A program made the position numbers and the translations under genes. Below, piece by piece: positions 27,101 through 40,430 of a stretch of DNA of 64,000 nucleotides; the first letter of the stretch is position 1, and every line of letters begins with the position of its first letter. The DNA is taken from assembly GCF_009914755.1 (NCBI RefSeq), contig NC_060925.1, one strand, 5' to 3'. The notes under the pieces are model-generated. The model did not search any database and was not told the origin of the DNA. It worked only from the letters and a program-made list of their open reading frames with translations. This DNA is from the human T2T-CHM13v2.0 reference genome, Homo sapiens.

Positions 27101-27849
27101 TCATCGAATGGAATCGAATGGAATCATCGAATGGACTCGAATGGAATAATCATTGAACGGAATCGAATGGAATCATCATCGGATGGAAACGAATGGAATC
27201 ATCATCGAATGGAAATGAAAGGAGTCATCATCTAATGGAATTGCATGGAATCATCATCAAATGGAATCGAATGGAATCAACATCAAATGGAATCAAATGG
27301 AATCATTGAACGGAATTGAATGGAATCGTCATCGAATGAATTGAATGCAATCATCGAATGGTCTCGAATGGAATCTTCTTCAAATGGAATGGAATGGAAT
27401 CATCGCATAGAATCGAATGGAATTATCATCGAATGGAATCGAATGGTATCAACATCAAACGGAAAAAAAAGGAATTATCGAATGGAATCGAAGAGAATCT
27501 TCGAACGGACCCGAATGGAATCATCTAATGGAATGGAATGGAATAATCCATGGACTCGAATGCAATCATCATCGAATGGAATCGAATGGAATCATTGAAA
27601 GGACTCGAATGGAATAATCATTGAACGGAATCGAATGGAATCATCATGGGATGGAAATGAATGGAATCATCATCGAATGGAATCGAATAGAATTATGGAA
27701 TGAAATCCAGTGTGATCATCATCGAATGGACCCGAATGGAATCATCATCCAACGGAAGCTAATGGAATCAACATCGAATGAATCGAATGGAAACACCATC
27801 GAATTGAAACGAATGGAATTACCATGAAATTGAAATGGATGGACTCATC
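15200..27849 (+). repeat. 12,586-bp tandem duplication, copy 2 (including the 64-bp terminal overlap)
   Basis: Matches 2614-15263. The match ends at 27850 (a) versus 15264 (c). One difference seen: A8955 versus G21541. Confidence 0.93.
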
Positions 27850-29924
27850 ATCGAATGGATTCGAATGGAATCATCGAATAAAATTGATTGAAATCATCAT
27901 CGAATGGAATCGAATGGTATCATTGAATGGAATCGAATGGAATCATCATCAGATGGAAATGAATGGAATCGTCATAGAATGGGATCGAATGGATTCATTG
28001 AATGGAATCAGATGGAATCATCGAATGGACTGGAATGGAATCATTGAATGGACTCGAAAGGGATCATTATTGAATGGAATTGAATGGAATCATCGAATGG
28101 TCTCGATTGGAATCATTATCAAATGGAATCGAATGGAATCACCGAATAGAATCGAATGGAACAATCATCGAATGGACTCAAATGGAATTATCCTCAAATG
28201 GAATCGAATGGAATTATCGAATGCAATCGAATGGAATTATCGAATGCAATCGAATAGAATCATCGAATGGACTCGAATGGAATCATCGAATGGAGTGGAA
28301 TGGAACAGTCAATGAACTCGAATGGAATCATCATTGAATGGAATCGAATGGAATCATCGAGTGGAATCGAATGGAATTATGATCAAATGGAATCGAATGT
28401 AATCATCATCAAATGGAATCAAAAATAACCATCATCAATTGGTATTGAATGGAATTGTCATCAAATGGAATTTAAAGGAATCATCATCAAATGGAACCGA
28501 ATGGAATCCTCATTGAATGGAAATGAAAGGGGTCATCATGTAATGGAATCGCATGGAATCATCATCAAATGGAATCGAATGGAATCATCATCAAATGGAA
28601 TCTAATGGAATCATTGAAAGAATTGAATGGAATCATCACCGAATGAATTGAATGCAATCATCGAATGGTCTCGAATGGAATCATCTTCTAATGGAAAGGA
28701 ATGGAATCATCGCATAGAATCGAATGGAATTATCATCGAATGGAATCGAATGGTATCAACACCAAACGGAAAAAAACGGAATTATCGAATGGAATCGAAG
28801 AGAATCATCGAATGGACCCGAATGGAATCATCTAATGGAATGGAATGGAATAATCCATGGACTCGAATGCAATCATCATCGAATGGAATCGAATGGAATC
28901 ATCGAATGGACTCGAATGGAATAATCATTGAAAGGAATCGAATGGAATCATCATCGGATGGAAACGAATGGAATCATCATCGAATGGAATCGAATAGAAT
29001 TATGGAATGAAATCCAGTGTGATCATCATCGAATGGACCCGAATGGAATCATCATCCAACGGAAGCTAATGGAATCAACATCGAATGAATCAAATGGAAA
29101 CACCATCGAATTGAAACGAATGGAATTACCATGAAATTGAAATGGATGGACTCATCATCAAATGGATTCGAATGGAATCATCGAATAAAATTGATTGAAA
29201 TCATCATCGAATGGAATCGAATGGTATCATTGAATGGAATCGAATGGAATCATCATCAGATGGAAATGAATGGAATCGTCATAGAATGGAATCGAATGGA
29301 TTCATTGAATGGAATCAGATGGAATCATTGAATGGACTGGAATGGAATCATTGAATGGACTCGAAAGGGATCATGATTGAATGGAATTGAATGGAATCAT
29401 CGAATGGTCTCGATTGGAATCATTATCAAATGGAATCGAATGGAATCACTGAATAGAATCGAATGGAACAATCATCGAATGGACTCAAATGGAATTATCC
29501 TCCAATGGAATCGAATGGAATTATCGAATGCAATCGAATGGAATTATCGAATGCAATCGAATAAAATCATCGAATGGACTCGAATGGAATCATCGAATGG
29601 AATGGAATGGAACAGTCAATGAACTCGAATGGAATCATCATTGAATGGAATCATCGAGTGGAATCGAAAGGAATTATGATCAAATGGAATCGAACGTAAT
29701 CATCATCAAATGGAATCAAAAATAACCATCATCAATTGGTATTGAATGGAATTGTCATCAAATGGAATTCAAAGGAATCATCATCAAATGGAACCGAATG
29801 GAATCCTCATTGAATGGAAATGAAAGGGGTCATCATCTAATGGAATCGCATGGAATCATCATCAAATGGAATCGAATGGAATCATCATCAAATGGAATCT
29901 AATGGAATCATTGAAAAGAATTGA

Positions 29925-32900
29925 ATGGAATCGTCATCGAATGAATTTAATGCAATCATCGAATGGTCTCGAATGGAATCATCTTCTAATGGAAAGGACT
30001 GGAATCATCGCATAGAATCGAATGGAATTATCATCGAATGGAATCGAATGGTATCAACACCAAACGGAAAAAAACGGAATTATCGAATGGAATCGAAGAG
30101 AATCTTCGAACGGACCCGAATGGAATCATCTAATGGAATGGAATGGAATAATCCATGGACTCGAATGCAATCATCATCGAATGGAATCGAATGGAATCAT
30201 CGAATGGACTCGAATGGAATAATCATTGAAAGGAATCGAATGGAATCATCATCGGATGGAAACGAATGGAATCATCATCGAATGGAAATGAAAGGAGTCA
30301 TCATCTAATGGAATTGCATGGAATCATCATAAAATGGAATCGAATGGAATCAACATCAAATGGAATCAAATGGAATCATTGAACGGAATTGAATGGAATC
30401 GTCATCGAATGAATTGAATGCAATCATCGAATGGTCTCGAATGGAATCATCTTCAAATGGAATGGAATGGAATCATCGCATAGAATCGAATGGAATTATG
30501 ATCGAATGGAATCGAATGGAATCAACATCAAACGGAAAAAAACGGAATTATCGAATGGAATCGAAGAGAATCATCGAATGGACCCGAATGGAATCATCTA
30601 ATGGAATGGAATGGAATAATCCATGGACTCGAATGCAATCATCATCGAATGGAATCGAATGGAATCATCGAATGGACTCGAATGGAATAATCATTGAACG
30701 GAATCGAATGGAATCATCATCGGATGGAAATGAATGGAATCATCATCGAATGGAATCGAATAGAATTATGGAATGAAATCCAGTGTGATCATCATCGAAT
30801 GGACCCGAATGGAATCATCATCCAACGGAAGCTAATGGAATCAACATCGAATGAATCGAATGGAAACACCATCGAATTGAAACGAATGGAATTATCATGA
30901 AATTGAAATGGATGGACTCATCATCGAATGGATTCGAATGGAATCATCGAATAAAATTGATTGAAATCATCATCGAATGGTATCGAATGGTATCATTGAA
31001 TAGAATCGAATGGAATCATCATCAGATGGAAATGAATGGAATCGTCATAGAATGGAATCGAATGGATTCATTGAATGGAATCAGATGGAATCATCGAATG
31101 GACTGGAATGGAATCATTGAATGGACTCGAAAGGGATCATTATTGAATGGAATTGAATGGAATCATTGAATGGTCTCGATTGGAATCATTATCAAATGGA
31201 ATCGAATGGAATCACCGAATAGAATCGAATGGAACAATCATCGAATGGACTCAAATGGAATTATCCTCAAATGGAATCGAATGGAATTATCGAATGCAAT
31301 CGAATGGAATTATCGAATGCAATCGAATAGAATCATCGAATGGACTCGAATGGAATCATCGAATGGAATGGAATGGAACAGTCAATGAACTCGAATGGAA
31401 TCATCATTGAATGGAATCGAATGGAATCATCGAGTGGAATCGAATGGAATTATGATCAAATGGAATCGAATGTAATCATCATCAAATGGAATCAAAAATA
31501 ACCATCATCAATTGGTATTGAATGGAAATGTCATCAAATGGAATTCAAAGGAATCATCATCAAATGGAACTGAATGGAATCCTCATTGAATGGAAATGAA
31601 AGGGGTCATCATCTAATGGAATCGCATGGAATCATCATCAAATGGAATCGAATGGAATCATCATCAAATGGAATCTGATGGAATCATTGAACAGAATTGA
31701 ATGGAATCGTCATCGAATGAATTGAATGCAATCATCGAATGGTCTCGAATGTAATCACATTCTAATGGAAAGGAATGGAATCATCGCATAGAATCGAATG
31801 GAATTAACATTGAATGGACTCGAATGGAATCAACATCAAACGGAATCAAGCGGAATTATCGAATGGAATCGAAGAGAATCATCGAATGGTCTCGAATGGA
31901 ATCATCTTCTAATGGAAAGGAATGGAATCATCGCATAGAATCGAATGGAATTAACATTGAATGGACTCGAATGGAATCAACATCAAATGGAATCAAGCGG
32001 AATTATCGAATGAAATCGAAGAGAATCATCGAATGGACTCGAATGGAATCATCTAATGGAATGGAATGGAATAATCCACGGACTCGAATGCAATAATCAT
32101 CGTTTAGTATCGAATGGAATCATCGAAAGGACTCGAATGGAATAACCATTGAACGGAATCGAATGGAATCATCATCGGATGGAAACGAATGGAATCATCA
32201 TCGAATGGAAATGAAAGGAGTCATCATCTAATGGAATTGCATGGAATCATCATAAAATGGAATCGAATGGAATCATCATCAAATGGAATCAAATGGAATC
32301 ATTGAACGGAATTGAATGGAATCGTCATCGAATGAATTGAATGCAATCATCGAATGGTCTCGAATGGAATCATCTTCAAATGGAATGGAATGGAATCATC
32401 GCATAGAATCGAATGGAATTATCATCGAATGGAATCGAATGGTATCAACATCAAACGGAAAAAAACGGAATTATCGAATGGAATCGAAGAGAATCTTCGA
32501 ACGAACCCGAATGGAATCATCTAATGGAATGGAATGGAATAATCCATGGACCCGAATGCAATCATCATCGAATGGAATCGAATGGAATCATTGAAAGGAC
32601 TCGAATGGAATAACCATTGAACGGAATCGAATGGAATCATCATCGGATGGAAATGAATGGAATCATCATCGAATGGAATCGAATAGAATTAAGGAATGAA
32701 ATCCAGTGTGATCATCATCGAATGGACCCGAATGGAATCATCATCCAACGGAAGCTAATGGAATCAACATCGAATGAATCGAATGGAAACACCATCGAAT
32801 TGAAACGAATGGAATTACCATGAAATTGAAATGGATGGACTCATCATCGAATGGATTCGAATGGAATCATCGAATAAAATTGATTGAAATCATCATCGAA

Positions 32901-35900
32901 TGGAATCGAATGGTATCATTGAATGGAATCGAATGGAATCATCATCAGATGGAAATGAATGGAATCGTCATAGAATGGAATCGAATGGATTCATTGAATG
33001 GAATCAGATGGAATCATCGAATGGACTGGAATGGAATCATTGAATGGACTCGAAAAGGATCATTATTGAATGGAATTGAATGGAATCATCGAATGGTCTC
33101 GATTGGAATCATTATCAAATGGAATCGAATGGAATCACCGAATAGAATCGAATGGAACAATCATCGAATGGACTCAAATGGAATTATCCTCAAATGGAAT
33201 CGAATGGAAATATCGAATGGAATTATCGAATGCAATCGAATGGAATTATCGAATGCAATCGAATAGAATCATCGAATGGACTCGAATGGAATCATCGAAT
33301 GGAATGGAATGGAACAGTCAATGAACTCGAATGGAATCATCATTGAATGGAATCGAATGGAATCATCGAGTGGAATCGAATGGAATTATGATCAAATGGA
33401 ATCGAATGTAATCATCATCAAATGGAATCAAAAATAACCATCATCAATTGGTATTGAATGGAATTGTCATCAAATGGAATTTAAAGGAATCATCATCAAA
33501 TGGAACCGAATGGAATCCTCATTGAATGGAAATGAAAGGGGTCATCATCTAATGGAATCGCATGGAATCATCATCAAATGGAATCGAATGGAATCATCAT
33601 CAAATGGAATCCAATGGAATCATTGAAAGAATTGAATGGAATGGTCATCGAATGAATTGAATGCAATCATCGCATGGTCTCGAATGGAATCATCTTCTAA
33701 TGGAAAGGAATGGAAACATCGCATAGAATCGAATGGAATTATCATCGAATGGAATCGAATGGTATCAACACCAAACGGAAAAAAACGGAATTATCGAATG
33801 GAATCGAAGAGAATCTTCGAACGGACCCGAATGGAATCATCTAATGGAATGGAATGGAATAATCCATGGACTCGAATGCAATCATCATCGAATGGAATCA
33901 AATGGAATCATCGAATGGACTCGAATGGAATAATCATTGAACGGAATCGAATGGAATCATCATCGGATGGAAACGAATGGAATCATCATCGAATGGAAAT
34001 GAAAGGAGTCATCATCTAATGGAATTGCATGGAATCATCATCAAATGGAATCGAATGGAATCAACATCAAATGGAATCAAATGGAATCATTGAACGGAAT
34101 TGAATGGAATCGTCATCGAATGAATTGAATGCAATCATCGAATGGTCTCGAATGGAATCATCTTCAAATGGAATGGAATGGAATCATCGCATAGAATCGA
34201 ATGGAATTATCATCGAATGGAATCGAATGGAATCAACATCAAACGGAAAAAAACGGAATTATCGAATGGAATCGAAGAGAATCATCGAATGGACCCGAAT
34301 GGAATCATCTAATGGAATGGAATGGAATAATCCATGGACTCGAATGCAATCATCATCGAATGGAATCGAATGGAATCATCGAATGGACTCGAATGGAATA
34401 ATCATGGAACGGAATCGAATGGAATCATCATCGGATGGAAATGAATGGAATCATCATCGAATGGAATCGAATAGAATTATGGAATGAAATCCAGTGTGAT
34501 CATGATCGAATGGACCCGAATGGAATCATCATCCAACGGAAGCTAATGGAATCAACATCGAATGAATCGAATGGAAACACCATCGAATTGAAACGAATGG
34601 AATTATCATGAAATTGAAATGGATGGACTCATCATCGAATGGATTCGAAAGGAATCATCGAATAAAATTGATTGAAATCATCATCGAATGGTATCGAATG
34701 GTATCATTGAATGGAATCGAATGGAATCATCATCAGATGGAAATGAATGGAATCGTCATAGAATGGAATCGAATGGATTCATTGAATGGAATCAGATGGA
34801 ATCATCGAATGGACTGGAATGGAATCATTGAATGGACTCGAAATGGATCATTATTGAATGGAATTGAATGGAATCATTGAATGGTCTCGATTGGAATCAT
34901 TATCAAATGGAATCGAATGGAATCACCGAATAGAATCGAATGGAACAATAATCGAATGGACTCAAATGGAATTATCCTCAAATGGAATCGAATGGAATTA
35001 TCGAATGCAATCGAATGGAATTATCGAATGCAATCGAATAGAATCATCGAATGGACTCGAATGGAATCATCGAATGGAATGGAATGGAACAGTCAATGAA
35101 CCCGAATGGAATCATCATTGAATGGAATCGAATGGAATCATCGAGTGGAATCGAATGGAATTATGATCAAATGGAATCGAATGTAATCATCATCAAATGG
35201 AATCAAAAATAACCATCATCAATTGGTATTGAATGCAATTGTCATCAAATGGAATTTAAAGGAATCATCATCAAATGGAACTGAATGGAATCCTCATTGA
35301 ATGGAAATGAAAGGGGTCATCATCTAATGGAATCGCATGGAATCATCATCAAATGGAATCGAATGGAATCATCATCAAATGGAAACTGATGGAATCATTG
35401 AACAGAATTGAATGGAATCGTCATCGAATGAATTGAATGCAATCATCGAATGGTCTCGAATGTAATCACATTCTAATGGAAAGGAATGGAATCATCGCAT
35501 AGAATCGAATGGAATTAACATTGAATGGACTCGAATGGAATCAACATCAAACGGAATCAAGCGGAATTATCGAATGGAATCGAAGAGAATCATCGAATGG
35601 TCTCGAATGGAATCATCTTCTAATGGAAAGGAATGGAATCATCGCATAGAATCGAATGGAATTAACATTGAATGGACTCGAATGGAATCAACATCAAATG
35701 GAATCAAGCGGAATTATCGAATGAAATCGAAGAGAATCATCGAATGGACTCGAATGGAATCATCTAATGGAATGGAATGGAATAATCCACGGACTCGAAT
35801 GCAATCATCATCGTTTAGAATCGAATGGAATCATCGAAAGGACTCGAATGGAATAACCATTGAACGGAATCGAATGGAATCATCATCGGATGGAAACGAA

Positions 35901-36320
35901 TGGAATCATCATCGAATGGAAATGAAAGGAGTCATCATCTAATGGAATTGCATGGAATCATCATCAAATGGAATCGAATGGAATCATCATCAAATGGAAT
36001 CAAATGGAATCATTGAACGGAATTGAATGGAATTGTCATCGAATGAATTGACTGCAATCATCCAATGGTCTCGAATGGAATCATCTTCAAATGGAATGGA
36101 ATGGAATCATCGCATAGAATCGAATGGAATTATCATCGAATGGAATCGAATGGTATCAACATCAAACGGAAAAAAACGGAATTATCGAATGGAATCGAAG
36201 AGAATCTTCGAACGGACCCGAATGGAATCATCTAATGGAATGGAATGGAATAATCCATGGACTCGAATGCAATCATCATCGAATGGAATCGAATGGAATC
36301 ATTGAATGGACTCGAATGGA
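29925..36320 (+). repeat. Diverged 3711-bp tandem duplication
   Basis: Anchors 30393/34104, 30897/34608, 31824/35535 and 32316/36027. Shared tggtatcgaatggtatc, ggaactgaatgg, tgtaatcacattc and the 147-bp internal duplication. Ends approximate. Confidence 0.75.
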
Positions 36321-39300
36321 ATAATCATTGAACGGAATCGAATGGAATCATCATCGGATGGAAATGAATGGAATCATCATCGAATGGAATCGAATAGAAT
36401 TATGGAATGAAATCCAGTGTGATCATCATCGAATGGACCCGAATGGAATCATCATCCAACGGAAGCTAATGGAATCAACATCGAATGAATCGAAAGGAAA
36501 CACCATCGAATTGAAACGAATGAAATTATCATGAAATTGAAATGGATGGACTCATCATCGAATGGATTCGAATGGAATCATCGAATAAAATTGATTGAAA
36601 TCATCATCGAATGGAATCGAATGGTATCATTGAATGGAATCGAATGGAATCATCATCAGAAGGAAATGAATGGAATCGTCATAGAATGGAATCGAATGGA
36701 TTCATTGAATGGAATCAGATGGAATCATCGAATGGACTCGAATGGAATAATCATTGAACGGAATCGAATGGAATCATCATCGGATGGAAACGAATGGAAT
36801 CATCATCGAATGGAAATGAAAGGAGTCATCATCTAATGGAATTGCATGGAATCATCATAAAATGGAATCGAATGGAATCAACATCAAATGGAATCAAATG
36901 GAATCATTGAACGGAATTGAATGGAATCGTCATCGAATGAATTGAATGCAATCATCGAATGGTCTCGAATGGAATCATCTTCAAATGGAATGGAATGGAA
37001 TCATCGCATAGAATCGAATGGAATTATCATCGAATGGAATCGAATGGTATCAACATCAAACGGAAAATAACGGAATTATCGAATGGAATCGAAGAGAATC
37101 ATCGAACGGACCCGAATGGAATCATCTAATGGAATGGAATGGAATAATCCACGGACTCGAATGCAATCATCGTCGAATGGAATCGAATAGAATCATCGAA
37201 TGGACTCGAATGGAATAATCATTGAACGGAATCGAATGGAATCATCATCGGATGGAAACGAATGGAATCATCATCGAATGGAATCGAATAGAATTATGGA
37301 ATGAAATCCAGTGTGATCATCATCGAATGGACCCGAATGGAATCATCATCCAACGGAAGCTAATGGAATCAACATCGAATGAATCAAATGGAAACACCAT
37401 CGAATTGAAACGAATGGAATTACCATGAAATTGAAATGGATGGACTCATCATCAAATGGATTCGAATGGAATCATCGAATAAAATTGATTGAAATCATCA
37501 TCGAATGGAATCGAATGGTATCATTGAATGGAATCGAATGGAATCATCATCAGATGGAAATGAATGGAATCGTCATAGAATGGAATCGAATGGATTCATT
37601 GAATGGAATCAGATGGAATCATTGAATGGACTGGAATGGAATCATTGAATGGACTCGAAAGGGATCATTATTGAATGGAATTGAATGGAATCATCGAATG
37701 GTCTCGATTGGAATCATTATCAAATGGAATCGAATGGAATCACCGAATAGAATCGAATGGAACAATCATCGAATGGACTCAAATGGAATTATCCTCCAAT
37801 GGAATGGAATGGAATTATCGAATGCAATCGAATGGAATTATCGAATGCAATCGAATAGAATCATCGAATGGACTCGAATGGAATCATCGAATGGAATGGA
37901 ATGGAACAGTCAATGAACTCGAATGGAATCATCATTGAATGGAATCGAATGGAATCATCGAGTGGAATCGAATGGAATTATGATCAAATGGAATCGAATG
38001 TAATCATCATCAAATGGAATCAAAAATAACCATCATCAATTGGTATTGAATGGAATTGTCATCAAATGGAATTCAAAGGAATCATCATCAAATGGAACCG
38101 AATGGAATCCTCATTGAATGGAAATGAAAGGGGTCATCATCTAATGGAATCGCATGGAATCATCATCAAATGGAATCGAATGGAATCATCATCAAATGGA
38201 ATCAAATGGAATCATTGAACGGAATTGAATGGAATTGTCATCGAATGAATTGACTGCAATCATCCAATGGTCTCGAATGGAATCATCTTCAAATGGAATG
38301 GAATGGAATCATCGCATAGAATCGAATGGAATTATCATCGAATGGAATCGAATGGTATCAACATCAAACGGAAAAAAACGGAATTATCGAATGGAATCGA
38401 AGAGAATCTTCGAACGGACCCGAATGGAATCATCTAATGGAATGGAATGGAATAATCCATGGACTCGAATGCAATCATCATCGAATGGAATCGAATGGAA
38501 TCATTGAATGGACTCGAATGGAATAATCATTGAACGGAATCGAATGGAATCATCATCGGATGGAAATGAATGGAATCATCATCGAATGGAATCGAACAGA
38601 ATTATGTAATGAAATCCAGTGTGATCATCATCGAATGGACCCGAATGGAATCATCATCCAACGGAAGCTAATGGAATCAACATCGAATGAATCGAAAGGA
38701 AACACCATCGAATTGAAACGAATGGAATTATCATGAAATTGAAATGGATGGACTCATCATCGAATGGATTCGAATGGAATCATCGAATAAAATTGATTGA
38801 AATCATCATCGAATGGAATCGAATGGTATCATTGAATGGAATCGAATGGAATCATCATCAGATGGAAATGAATGGAATCGTCATAGAATGGAATCGAATG
38901 GATTCATTGAATGGAATCAGATGGAATCATCGAATGGACTCGAATGGAATAATCATTGAACGGAATCGAATGGAATCATCATCGGATGGAAACGAATGGA
39001 ATCATCATCGAATGGAAATGAAAGGAGTCATCATCTAATGGAATTGCATGGAATCATCATAAAATGGAATCGAATGGAATCAACATCAAATGGAATCAAA
39101 TGGAATCATTGAACGGAATTGAATGGAATCGTCATCGAATGAATTGAATGCAATCATCGAATGGTCTCGAATGGAATCATCTTCAAATGGAATGGAATGG
39201 AATCATCGCATAGAATCGAATGGAATTATCATCGAATGGAATCGAATGGTATCAACATCAAACGGAAAATAACGGAATTATCGAATGGAATCGAAGAGAA

Positions 39301-40430
39301 TCATCGAACGGACCCGAATGGAATCATCTAATGGAATGGAATGGAATAATCCACGGACTCGAATGCAATCATCGTCGAATGGAATCGAATAGAATCATCG
39401 AATGGACTCGAATGGAATAATCATTGAACGGAATCGAATGGAATCATCATCGGATGGAAACGAATGGAATCATCATCGAATGGAATCGAATAGAATTATG
39501 GAATGAAATCCAGTGTGATCATCATCGAATGGACCCGAATGGAATCATCATCCAACGGAAGCTAATGGAATCAACATCGAATGAATCAAATGGAAACACC
39601 ATCGAATTGAAACGAATGGAATTACCATGAAATTGAAATGGATGGACTCATCATCAAATGGATTCGAGTGGAATCATCGAATAAAATTGATTGAAATCAT
39701 CATCGAATGGAATCGAATGGTATCATTGAATGGAATCGAATGGAATCATCATCAGATGGAAATGAAAGGAATCGTCATAGAATGGAATCGAATGGATTCA
39801 TTGAATGGAATCAGATGGAATCATTGAATGAACTGGAATGGAATCATTGAATGGACTCGAAAGGGATCATGATTGAATGGAATTGAATGGAATCATCGAA
39901 TGGTCTCGATTGGAATCATTATCAAATGGAATCGAATGGAATCACCGAATAGAATCGAATGGAACAATCATCGAATGGACTCAAATGGAATTATCCTCAA
40001 ATGGAATCGAATGGAATTATCGAATGCAATCGAATGGAATTATCGAATGCAATCGAATAGAATCATCGAATGGACTCGAATGGAATCATCGAATGGAATG
40101 GAATGGAACAGTCAATGAACTCGAATGGAATCATCATTGAATGGAATCGAATGGAATCATCGAGTGGAATCGAATGGAATTATGATCAAATGGAATCGAA
40201 TGTAATCATCATCAAATGGAATCAAAAATAACCATCATCAATTGGTATTGAATGGAATTCTCATCAAATGGAATTCAAAGGAATCATCATCAAATGTAAC
40301 CGAATGGAATCCTCATTGAATGGAAATGAAAGGGGTCATCATCTAATGGAATCGCATGGAATCATCATCAAATGGAATCGAATGGAATCAACATCAAATG
40401 GAATCAAATGGAATCATTGAACGGAATTGA
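36027..40430 (+). repeat. 2202-bp tandem duplication (894-bp deleted unit + L) x2
   Basis: Anchors 36027/38229, 36531/38733 and 37018/39220. Shared ttgactgcaatcatccaatgg, cgaaaggaaacacc, ggaaaataacgg and atcgtcgaatgg. Confidence 0.87.
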
